A stretch of 63,444 nucleotides of DNA, counting the filler, from Octopus bimaculoides (Eukaryota): assembly GCF_001194135.2 (NCBI RefSeq). It is 10 parts of 9 records of this genome, joined end to end, with 100 filler letters (N's around TTAATTAATTAA, not from the genome) between each part and the next. Parts side by side here need not be neighbours in the genome. Positions count along the whole stretch, not along the records: positions 1 to 15,871 come from NC_068983.1; 9 more parts are not named here. The stretch is one strand, 5' to 3'. Made by a program: the position numbers and the translations under genes. Under the pieces are notes generated by a model, which ran no database searches, was not told the DNA's origin, and worked only from the letters and a program-made list of their open reading frames with translations. This document shows, in pieces, positions 1 through 11,366 of this stretch. Numbering within the stretch: position 1 is the first letter of the stretch; every line of letters begins with the position of its first letter.

Positions 1-3000
1 ACGTTCGTTCGTACGTTCTTACGTACGTACGTATGTACGTTCGTTCGTTCGTTCGTTCGTTTCATTCGTTTGTTCGATAGTTCGTTCGTTCATTCTTCCG
101 TTCCTTCTTATGTACGTGCGTTCGTTCGTTCGATTGTACGTCCGTTCGTTCGTTCGTTCGTACGTTCGTACTACGTTGCTACATGAATTCGTTCGTTCGT
201 TCGTTCATTCTTCCGTTTCTTCTTATGTACTTACGTACGGTCGTTCGTTGTTCGTTCGTTCGTACCTACATACGGTCGTTCGTACGTACGTACGAACGTT
301 TATTTGTTCGTTCGTTCGTTCGTTCGTTCGTTCGTTCGTACGTACGTTCGTTCGTACGTACGTACGTTCGTTCGTTCGTACGTACGTATGTACGTACGTA
401 CATACGTACGTTCGTTCATTTGTCCGTCCTTTCGTTTGTTCGTCCTTTCGTTTGTTCGTCCTTTCGTTCGTTCGTTCGTTCTTTCGTATGTTCGTTCCTT
501 TATTTTGTTCGTTCGTTCTTACGTACTTTCGTTCGTTCGTAGGTACGTACATCCTTTGGCTCGTTCGTTTGTTCGTACGTACGGACGTATTTACGTACGT
601 TCGTTTGTTCGTTCGTTCGTTTGTTCGTTCGTTCGTTCACTCGTACGTACGTACGAACGAACAAACGATCGAACGTAAGTAATTACGAACGAACGAACTA
701 ACAAACAAATGTAAGTAAGTACGAATGAACGAACGAATGAACGAACGTACGTACCTACGTGGGTACGATCGAACGAACAAACGAACGTGCGTACATATGT
801 TCGTACGTACGAACAAGCAATCGAGAGAACGAACGTACGTACGGACGAACGAACGAACGAACGTACGTACGTACGTACGTTCCTTAATTCTTTCTTTCGT
901 TCGTTCGTTCTTTCTTTCGTTTGTTCTTACGTTCGTTTCTTCAATTGTACGTACGTTCGTTCGTTCGTTCGTACGTACGTACGTACGTACTACGTTCCTA
1001 TGTCAATTCGTACGTTCGTTCGTTCATTTGTTCGCACGTACGTACGCACTTACGTACGTTCGTTCGTTGTTCGTTCATTCGTTCGTACGTACCTACGTAC
1101 GTTCGTTCGTACGTACGTACGTTCGTTTGTACGTATGTACGTACATACATTTGTTCATTCGTTTGTTCGTTCGTACGTTCGTTCGTACATTCGTTCTTTT
1201 GTTCGTTCGTTCGTTCGCTCGTTCGTACGTACGTTCATTCGATCGTTCGTTCTTTCGTTCATTCTTTCGTTATTTCGTGCCTACGTACTTACGTACGTTC
1301 GTATGTTCGTATGTTCTATCGTTCGTTCCTTCGTTAAATTGATCTTTTGTTCGTATGTACGTACGTTCGTTCGTTCATTCGTAATTACTTACGTACGTAC
1401 GTACATTCATTCGTTCGTTCGTTTCTTTGTTCGTTCGTTCGTTCGTAGGTATGTACATACTTTTGTTCGTTAATACGTTCGTTCGATGTTTCGTTTGTTA
1501 TTTCGTTCATTCGTTCGTTCTTTCGTTAATTCTTTCGTTCATCCGTTCGTAAGTACGTACTTACGTGCGTACTTTCGTTTATTCGTTCGTTCGTTCCTTT
1601 GTACGTGCATAAGTACTTTTGTTGGTTCGGTCCTTCGTACGTACGTACGTTCATTCGTTTGTTCGTTCGTTCATTTGTTCGTTCGTACGTACTTACGTAC
1701 GAACGTTTATTTGTTCGTTCGTTCGTTCGTTCGTTCGTTCGTTCGTTCGTACGTACGTATTTACGTACGTACATACATACGTTCGTTCATTTGTTCGTCC
1801 TTTCGTTCGTTCGTTTTTTCGTATGTTCGTTCCTTCATTTTGTTCGATCGTTCGTTTGTTCTTACGTACTTTCTTTCGTTCGTTCGTAGGTACGTACATC
1901 CTTTCGCTCGTTCGTTTGTTCGTACGTACGGACGTATTTACATACGTTCGTTTGTTCGTTCGTTCTTTTGTTCGTTCGTTCGTGTGTTCGTTCATTCACT
2001 CGCACGTACGTACGAACGAACGAATAAACGAACGTAAGTAAGCACGAACGAACGAACGAACGAACAAAAGTAAGTACGAATGAACGAACGTACTTACGTA
2101 CGTGCGTACGAACGAACGAACAAACGAACGATACGTACATACGTTCGTACGTACGAACAAGCAAACGAGCGAACGAACATACGTACGTACGTACATACGA
2201 ACGAACGAACGAACGAACGAACGAACTTTCCTTAATTCTTTCTTTCGTTCTTTCGTTCGTTCCTTCTTTCATTTGTTGGATCTTACGTTCGTTCGTATGT
2301 ACTTACGTACGTGCGTATGTACGTTCGTTCGTTCGTTCGTTCGATTGTACGTCCGTTCGTTCGTTCGTTCGTACGTTCGTACGTACGAACAAGCAATCGA
2401 GAGAACGAACGTACGTACGGACGAACGAACGAACGAACGAACTACGTACGCACGTACGTACGAACGAACGAACGTTCCTTAATTGTTTCTTTCGTTCGTT
2501 CGTTCTTTCATTCGTTCGTTCTTACGTTCGTATCTTCGATTGTACGTACGTTCGTTCGTTCGTTCATACGTACGTACGTACTACGTTCCTATGTCAATTC
2601 GTACGTTCGTTCGTACGTACGTACGTTCGTACGTACGTACGTTTGTTTGTACGTATGTATGCTCGTTCGTAATTCCTTACGTACGTACGTACATTCATTC
2701 GTTCGTTTGTTTCTTTGTTCGTACGGAAATTCTTTTGTACTTACGTACGTTCTTTCGTTATTTCTTGCCTACGTACATACGTACGTACGTACGTACGTTA
2801 GTTCGTTCGCTGGCTGGTTCGTTCGTTCGATCGTTCGTTCGTGCGTATGTTCGTTTGTTCGTTCGTTTGTTCGATTGATGTTTCGTTGGTACGTACGTAG
2901 GAACGTTCGTTCATTCTTTCGTTTGTTCGTTTGTTCGTTTGTTCGTTCATTCGTTCATTCGTACGTACGTACGTTCATTCGTTCATATGGACGTACGGAT

Positions 3001-5990
3001 GTACGTACATACGTTCGTTCTTTAATCGTTCGTTCGTTCTTTCGTTCGTTCGTTCGTGCGTACTTACGTACATACGTTCGTTCATTCGTTTGTTTGTTCG
3101 TACGTACGTTCGTACGTTTGTATGTACGTTTGTTCGTTCGCTCGTTCATTCATGCGTTCGTATGTACGTAAATTCGTTCTTTCGTTCGTACGTATTTACG
3201 TACTTACATACGTACATTCGTTCGTTTGTTCGTTCGTTCCTCTGTTCGTTTGTTCGTTCGTTCGTTCGTATGTTCTTTCCTTCACTTCTTTCGTTCGTTC
3301 GTTCATTTGTACTTACGAATGAATGAACGAATGAACGAAAGAACGTACGTACGAACGAACGAACGAACGAACGAACGAACGAACGAACGAACCTAAGTAA
3401 GTACGAATGAAAGAACGAATGATCGAACGAATCAACGAACGTACGTACGTACGTGCGTACGAACGAACGAAGAAACGAACGTACATACATACTTCCGTAC
3501 GTACGAACAAACGAACGAGCGAACGATCGTACATACGTACGTACAAACGTATTTCGTGCCTTCGTCCATACGTACATACGTACGTTCGTTCGGTCTTTTG
3601 TTCGTTCGTACGTTCGTTCGTTCTTTCGTTCTTTAGTTCGGTCCTTCGATCGTTTATTCATTCTTTCATTCGTACGTACGTACGTACGTATGTACGTTCG
3701 TTCATTCGTTTTTACGTTTGTTCGTTCGTTTTTACGTTCGTTCGTTCGTACGAATGTGCGTACGTTCGTTCGCTCGTTCGTTCTTACGTAGTTACGTAAA
3801 TTCGTTGTTTTTTCTTACGTACATACGTTTGTTCGTTCTTTCGTTCGTATGCTCGTACGTACAGACGTATGTACGTATGTTCGTTCGTTTGTTCGTTCGT
3901 ACGTATGTACGTACGTACGCACGTTCGATCGTTCGTTCGTTCGTTCATTCGTTCGTTCATTCGTTCGTTCGTACGTACTTACGAACGTTCGTTTGTTCGT
4001 TCGTTCGTTTATTCGTTCGTTCGTACGTATGTATACACGTACGTACATTCGTTCGTTCATTCGTACATTCGTACGTTCGTACGTTCATTCGTTCAATCGT
4101 CCATTCGTTCGTTGGTTGGTTGGTTCGTTCGTTGGTTCGTTCGTTCGTGCGTTCGTACATACGTACGTTCCTTTGTGCCTTCTTTTGTTCGTTCGTTCTT
4201 ATGTAGGTGCTTTCGTATGTTCGTTCGTTCATTCGTTCGTACGTAGGCATTTACGTACGTACGTACGTTTGATCTTTCGTTCGTTCGTTCGTTAGTTCGT
4301 ACATACGTACGTACCTACGTTCATTCATTAGTTCGTTCGTACGTACGTACGTACGTTCAATCGTTCGTTCGTTCGTACGTACATTCGTTCGTTCGTTCTC
4401 TTTTCTTTATTTCGTTCGTTTGTACTTTCTTTCCTTCATTTCTTTCGTTCGTTCGTACGCACGAACGTACGTACGTTCGTTCTTTCGTTTGTTCGTACTT
4501 ACGTTCTTTTGTTCGTTCCATCGTTCTTTTGTTCGTTCTTTCGTTCTTTAGTTCGTTCATTCGCTCGTACGTTCGTCCGCTCGTTCTTTCGTTCGTACGC
4601 GTTCGTGCGTACGTTCGTTCGTTCTTTCGTACGTACTTACATACTTTCGTTCATTTGTTCGTTCATACGTACGTACGTCCGTTCGTACGTATGTTCGTTC
4701 GTTCGTTTTCTTTTCTTTATTTCGTTCGTTTGTACGTTCTTTCCGTACGCACGAACGTACGTACGTTCGTTCTTTCGTTTGTTCGTTCTTTCGTTCTTAA
4801 GTACGTACGAAAGTTCGTTCTCTCGTTCTTTCAATATTTCGTTCGTTCGTTTGTTCGTTTATTCGTACGTACGTTCGTTTGTTCTTTTGTTCGTTATTAC
4901 GTACGTACGTACGTTCGATCGTTTGTTTTTTCGTACGTACGTACGTAAGTTCTTACGTTCATTTGATTGTTCTTACGTACGTTCGTTCGTTCGTTCGTTC
5001 GTACGTACGTACGTATGTTCGTTCGTTCGTTTGTTCTTACGTACTTACGTAAATTCGTTTGTTTTTTCTTATGTACTTACGTTTGTTCGTTTTCTCGTTC
5101 GTATGTTCGTACGTACAGACGTATGTACGTATGTTCCTTCGTTTGGTCGTTTGTTCGTTCGTACGAATGTAGGTACGTACGCACGTTCGTTCGTTCGTTT
5201 GTTCGTTCGTTCGTTTGTTCGTTCGTTATTTTGTACGTACTTATGTACGTACGTTTGTTCGTTCGTTCATTCGTTCGTTGGTTCTTACGTATATACGTAC
5301 GCACGTACGTACGATCCTTCGTTCCTCCGTTTGTTCGATCTTTCGTACGTTCATTCGTACTTACGTTCGTTCGTTCGTTCGCTCTATCGTTCGTTCGTTC
5401 TTTCGTTCTTTCGTTCGTTCGTTCGTACGTACGTACCTACTTACATACGTTCGTTCGTTCATTCGTACGTACGTACATTCCTTCGTTCGTTCGTTTCTTT
5501 GTTTGTTCGTTCATTCGTTCGTTCGTTCGTACGTACGTACGAACGTTCGTTTGTTCGTTCGTTCGTTTATTCGTTCGTTCTTACGTACGTATACACGTAC
5601 GTACATTCGTTCGTTCATTCGTACGTACGTACGTATGTTCTTTCGTTCAATCGTTCGTTCGTGCGTGCGTACGTACGTACGTTCGTTCGTCTCTTCTTTT
5701 GTTCGTTCGTCCTTATGTACGTACCTTCGTTCGTTCGTTAATTCGTTCGTACGTACGTATTTATGTACGTATGTTCGATCTTTCGTTCGTTCATTCGTTC
5801 GTTCGTTCGGTCGTTCGTTAGTTCGTACCTACGTACGTACGTACATTCATTCGTTAGTTCGTTCATACGTACGTACGTACGTTCGATCGTCCTTACGTTC
5901 TTATGTACGTACATTCGTTCGTTCGTTCGTCCGCTCGTACGTAAGTACGTTTGTTTGTTCGTTTGTACACACGTACGTACATACGTAGGT
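1..5990. repeat. CpG-dense degenerate tetranucleotide satellite (TTCG/TACG/CGAA) with inverted blocks and higher-order duplications
   Basis: Continuous 4-bp register of TCGT/ACGT/ACGA units. CGAA-polarity blocks at about 653-862, 2012-2226, 2386-2475 and 3317-3545. Unique landmark words recur 1.35-1.6 kb apart. Confidence 0.97.
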
Positions 5991-6585
5991 ACGTAGTACA
6001 TTCTTGCATACGTGCGTAGGTACGTACATACATCCATACATACGTACGTAGGTACGTACGTACTTCCATACATGCATACGTAGGCACGTACGTACGTACA
6101 TACATACGTACACAGGCACGTACGTACATACATACGTACACAGGCACGTACGTACATCCATACATACTTACGTAGGACGTACGTACATCTATACATACGT
6201 ACGTATGTAAGTACGTACATCCATACATACGTACGTAGGTACGTACGTACATACATACATACTTTCGTTGGTACATGCGTACATCCATACATATGTATGA
6301 AGGTACGTACGTACATCCATACATGCATACGTAGGTACGTACGTACATCCATACATACATACATACGTAGGTACGAACGTACATCCATACATACATACGT
6401 AGGTACGTACGTACATCCATACATTACGTACGTAGGTACGTACGTACATCCATACGTACGAACGTAGGTACGTACGTACATCCATACATACGTACGTAGG
6501 TACGTACATATATACATACGTAGATTGGTACGTACGTACAACCATACATGCGTACGTAGGCACGTACGTACATACATACATAACG
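5991..6585. repeat. TACG/TACA/TCCA satellite block with a ~28-36 bp unit (AGGTACGTACGTACATCCATACATACGTACGT)
   Basis: Direct reading: repeated aggtacgtacgtacatccatacatacgt units. Confidence 0.93.
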
Positions 6586-6765
6586 AACCGCCGGTGTGAT
6601 CTAAAGGCTGGAGTCTCGGCCACGATACGAACCCCGATCCAAGCCGCGGTCGGTACCGCGACGGGNNNNNNNNNNNNNNNNNNNNNNNNNNNNNNNNNNN
6701 NNNNNNNNNNNNNNNNNNNNNNNNNNNNNNNNNNNNNNNNNNNNNNNNNNNNNNNNNNNNNNNNN

Positions 6766-6820
6766 GTATCGATGGTCGACCCTATCGAAGGCTTTAGACT
6801 GATCTAAATTGATAACAACA
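6766..6820 (-). mobile_element. Non-LTR retrotransposon RT fragment (Tx1/L1-like)
   Basis: Minus strand reads VINLDQSKAFDRVDHRY, the LDxxKAFDRVxH RT motif; cut off by a 100-N gap. Confidence 0.85.
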
Positions 6821-7235
6821 ATAATGCAGTAGTTTTGCATTTTTTTTTCAAGAAATTAATAAAAAAAAGTTGCAAAATTCTGGTCTAAGCACCCATATAT
6901 CCCCTCATAACTTTTATGACTTTTTGAAATTTTTAGAAAAGTTTTGAAAATAAGTGTTCTGCACACAAGAATTCATATGGTTATGCAAAAAAAAAAAAAC
7001 GTGTGTGATTAAGGGCGATTTAGCTGTTGTTTTAAGCGATTTTCCTGCAATATGTCTGTTGTACTGAAATTGTGACTTCAAATGTAGAGAAAGTTTTCTT
7101 CCAACCACTTTAAGTTTTTCAAATTTTCACCAGATTATTTTCAAATAATTGTAGTTCCGATATAATTTTGCATACTGAAGACACAAACTTTTTTTTTTTT
7201 TTTTCCAGAAATTACTCTACAGTCGACGCCATCAT

Positions 7236-7450
7236 CCAGGTACCAATGGATTACCCTGCTGAACGCCAGCCAAAGATGGTATAACCTTAGTTGAGGTGAG
7301 GAGCATGATCAGAACGCCGTACGACAAGTAAGCCGGCGGGTAGGCAGAGAACATTTTTTAAATGCCATAAAAGGCCTGGAGCAAATGGTCACAGCGAAGA
7401 CAGTCGAAAGTATTTTTCATGTCAAGCTTAACAATGAAGTGCTTGGAACC
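7236..7450 (-). mobile_element. Degenerate RT fragment, CRE/NeSL-like non-LTR retrotransposon
   Basis: One frame reads IVKLDMKNTFDCLRCDHLLQAFYGI*KMFSAYPPAYLSYGVLIMLLTSTKVIPSLAGVQQGNPLVP. It contains both RT motifs (KLDxxNAF-like and GVQQGDPL-like) about 54 codons apart, with one stop. Confidence 0.75.
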
Positions 7451-7597
7451 GCTCTATGTCGGCTCAGGAGGACAGTCATTGAGGAAATGTCAAGCGACAG
7501 GGGCGGTTCACTTGCACCCACTGGTTACACACATGCGCGCGGGGGCGCGAGCATGCACACGCACACACATACATACGCAAGCATACACATATATCCA

Positions 7598-7831
7598 CGG
7601 CGGCGAGCTGGCAGAAACGTTAGCACGCCGGGCGAAATGCTTAGCGGTATTTCGTCTGCGGCTACGTTCTGAGTTCAAATTCCGCCGAGGTCGACTTTGC
7701 CTTTCATCCTTTCAGGGTCGATTAAATAAGTACCAGTTACGCACTGGGGTCGATATAATCGACTTAATCCGTGTTTGTCTGTCCTTGTTTGTCCCCTCTG
7801 TATGTAGCCCCTTGTGGGTAGTAAAGAAATA
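7598..7831 (+). mobile_element. tRNA-derived SINE, family A (central domain resembles MetaSINE), with 13-bp TSD
   Basis: A-box-like GGCGAGCTGGCAGAA, B-box-like GAGTTCAAATTCC, core CTTTGCCTTTCATCCTTTC. TSD ACACATATATCCA at 7585-7597 and 7832-7844. Many copies in the window. Confidence 0.92.
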
Positions 7832-8642
7832 ACACATATATCCAAACATGCATACACACATACATACACACACACACACACACACGTGTGTGTGTGTGTA
7901 CTAACCTTGTCCTTTCATGTTAGTACGCACCTCTTTTGAAAATCGACGTGCGGCATGGTAGTGATGAAAAGGTTAAATGATACTGGTCTAAATTCAAACT
8001 TTTGACCCACTTGAGTTATTTTCCATACCTCACTTTATATATTTACAAAAGGATCCAGCAAACATTTCGCTTTGAATAAAAAGCTTTTCAAATTTGCAGT
8101 GATCAATATAAGGATGGGCCGACTGATTGTTGTTGCTACTATTGTTGTCGTTCTTGGTTTTGTGGTTGCCGTTGTTGCTGCTGATATCGTATTCCTTTTT
8201 TCTTCATTTTCTCCACCTGTTTTTTGTAGTTACTGACTGAAAGAAACAAACAAAAACAAAAACAAGAAAAAAAAATGTACTTCCAATTCAATAAACGAGT
8301 GAATGACCTGATGGGATAAAAACAGGAATTCGAGAAAAGTATTTAAAGAAACTGATTGAAAGAATAAGGGTTGGGGTAGTGGTTTATTAGTAGTAAACTT
8401 CCTGTTCTTGCACCAGCTGAACTCTCAGTAATAGTCTAGCGTTGGCAGATGACGAAAATAAATTTTTCAAAACTAACGCTTTTGTTTTCGACACAGCAAA
8501 ACCATCAACATCATCAGCGTCAGTAACTGCAATGGAATATTGAGAGAAAAAAATTGTGACTCTGAAACATAAACTTCCATCCTCGCTCTTAAAGAATGAT
8601 AACATTTTCAAAGTGCCATGAATTTAATCTTCTATCCTTTTT

Positions 8643-8980
8643 TCTATTATCTGTTTCGGTCATTAGACTGCAGTCGTGCTGGGGCACCTCTTTGAAGAAC
8701 TTTTAGTCGAATGAGTCAACCCCAGTACTTATTTATTTTTTCAAAGCCTGGTACTTTATTCAATCGGTCTATTTAGCTGAACCGCTAAGTTACCCCCGTA
8801 AGCACACCAGCATCGGTTGTCAAGCGGCGGTGGAGGACAAACCTAGCCACAAAGACGCGCGCGCAAACACACACACACACACACATACGCACGCACACAT
8901 ATGTACGACGGGCTTTTTCAGTTTCCGTCTACCAAATCCATTCACAAGGCTTTCCTCTGTCCGAGGCTATAGTAGAAGAA
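8643..8980 (-). mobile_element. SINE family B (internal TG/CA microsatellite), head-truncated
   Basis: Colinear with copies at 43038-43407 and 55372-55768 (ctatagcctcgg...gtagacggaaactgaa...ttgacaaccga...ccagcatggcc). Confidence 0.85.
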
Positions 8981-9693
8981 CCTTTTTTAAAATGGGGGTG
9001 AGATAACCGAAAAGTACCAAAATCTCTATAACAGATGAAAGCAGTAACTATACTGAGAAGTGATGTTTATTGTCACGTCTCCTCAGCTGGTTATTCGATG
9101 CGAGCAGCACCTAATGTATATTGTAGGTAGGGGAGTGAACCCCTACCATCTTCCAGCTGCAGTTGACAGGGATTTAATAACTTAAAGTTTGCAAATTTTG
9201 GGTAATTTTAGCCAACCGCAAGCCATGGAAAATATAGGTGCCTGTTTCCATTGTAACAAGTCAAGCTGTTCTGTAACCTGCTTACCCGTGTATAGTTCTC
9301 CTATCCAAACCTCGTGTATTCTACACTGTTTTCTTGCTTTTACCCATCTCGTTGTCATCATGCACAAAATACCAGCTTCAAAATCCTGTTTTCTAATTGG
9401 GTAAGCTTTATCAAACTTTAAATCTCTTTAACAGTTTTCTAAAACTTTTTCTGGAACAAGTAAAGAGTTACATTTATATACCAAATCTAAAAATTTTCAC
9501 TTAATTTTGAAATTTCAAAAAGTGAATCCAAACAGAAAAGATCTCTTTTCAGACCATGAGAGAACATCTCAGTAATCGCTCAGCCTTCTAGAAATAGCAA
9601 CTAAAATCTCCTTTCATCCTTACTTTACAATCTGTTGGAAAAAAAGAAAAAAACATACACACACACGTTGTACAATGTTGTCTCCGTTACACT

Positions 9694-10091
9694 GTTGTTG
9701 TTGTTGTTGTTGTTGGCATTCCGTCGCTTACGACGTCGTGGGTTCCAGTTGATCCGATCAACGGAACAGCCTGCTCGTGAAATTAACGTGCAAGTGGCTG
9801 AGCATTCCACAGACACGTGTACCCTTAACGTAGTTCTCGGGGATAATCAGCGTTACACAGTGTGACAAGGCTGACCCTTTGAAATACAGGTACAACAGAA
9901 ACAGGAAGTAAGAGTGAGAGAAAGTTGTGGTGGAAGAGTACAGCAGGGTTCGACACCATCCCCTGCCGGAGCCTCGTGGAGCTTTAGGTGTTATCGCTCA
10001 ATAAACACTCACAACGCCCGGTCTGGGAATCGAAACCGCGATCCTATGACCGCGAGTCCGCTGCCCTAACCACTGGGCCATTGCGCCTCCA
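9694..10091 (-). mobile_element. Full-length tRNA-derived SINE, family C, with (CAA)n tail and 12-bp TSD
   Basis: tRNA-like head GGCGCAATGGCCCAGTGGTTAGGGCAGCGGACTCGCGG...GGTTTCGATTCCC. TSD CTCCGTTACACT at 9682-9693 and 10092-10103. Confidence 0.95.
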
Positions 10092-11151
10092 CTCCGTTAC
10101 ACTATGACTGAATGAAATGCCGAGTGCAATGGCTTGAATGCGTTTCACCTTAGATCGGTTCAATCAAGACACAACAAACGTCTGGCATAAAACAGCTGAA
10201 GGCCATCTGAGCAAAACGTATGTTAGATTGGTCAAGGCACTGACACTTACTACAGATGTCTGAGTAATGTCGAATCGTCGAAGCCTTATTCCGTAACTGC
10301 AAAGAAAAGTGATAAAATATTGTCAAGCGTTCGAATCGATCCTTAAAATGTAACTTGGATAATCAATAGAATCATAACAGAATGATATAAGATGATTAAA
10401 CCGACCTGGGACTGAACATAACAACTGCGACACTGCATTTTAATGTCCCTGCTATGTATGAAGCATGATATTTAGTGTATTTTGTATGGAGAATTGACGC
10501 TGACGTGGTATTTTGTAATTTTGTTTTTGTTTTTCGCTTGTATTTTTTTCTCTTTTGTTTTTCTCTTCTGTAACTGCTTTTGTCTTTGTTATTATTGTTT
10601 CAGAAATTCTTGTGTTTATATGAAGTTATGCTAAATGGTGTTGTTTGATTGTGTTTTTGAGTATTTGGAGTAACATCTACTTTTTGAGGGTTTTTTGCGG
10701 ACAGAGACGCCGCATTTTTTTTGTAATCTGAGGAAGTCCAGTAGAGAAAATATATTTGGTTGATATTCAAGCTGCGACCACACCGTCATTTTTTCTGACT
10801 TTATAGTCAGCATTTATTCATTCAGAATTATTCACTCAAAGTAAGTTGGATAAAATTTGGAGAAGATTTGGGCTTAATTTTGGCAAGGCGAACGAGAACG
10901 TAACATTTCCATTAGCAGTCTAAACGTCCCTTCAGGAAACTAAAAGATTTTTAATCACACAACATTCATTTGGTAATAATTCAAGAAATGTTTTTATAAA
11001 CACAATCCAGAACACTTTCTGGTCTACATATCTAGCTACATCAACTACTTGGAAGGCAATTCCCAACAATTTTCCTTATTTGTCAACTAATATCTCAGTA
11101 TACTCATACATTAATGAAGAAATCAAAAATACAATTACGAACTTCAAAAAC

Positions 11152-11366
11152 TGCGGTGAGCTAGCAGAATCTTTAGCACGCCGGCCAAAATTCTTAGAGG
11201 CATTTCGTCCGTCCTTATATTCTGAGTTCAAATTCCGCCGATGTCGACTTTGCCCTTCATCCTTTCGGAGCCGATAAAATAAGTACTAGTTGAGTATTGA
11301 TGTCGATGCAATCGACTTACCTCTTCCCAAAGTCGCTGGCCTTGTGCCAAAATTTGAAACCAATAT
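11152..11366 (+). mobile_element. SINE family A, diverged
   Basis: gcggtgagctagcagaa...ctgagttcaaattccgccga...cttcatcctttcggagccgataaaataagtac. Confidence 0.85.

Noticed and set aside
110-6623. Dozens of long ORFs (FVRS/YVRT/NERT repeats, up to 410 aa)
   Set aside because: Translations of a 4-bp satellite that rarely forms stop codons; they occur in all frames and on both strands.
6586-6665. GC-rich stub possibly continuing the RT fragment across the 100-N gap
   Set aside because: No frame gives a convincing RT continuation, and the gap size is unknown.
7209-7328. Apparent plus-strand exon with good acceptor and donor
   Set aside because: All three frames contain stops, and the minus strand is explained by an RT relic.
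10018-10091. tRNA-like sequence
   Set aside because: It is the head of a SINE with body, tail and TSD; no functional tRNA gene is supported.
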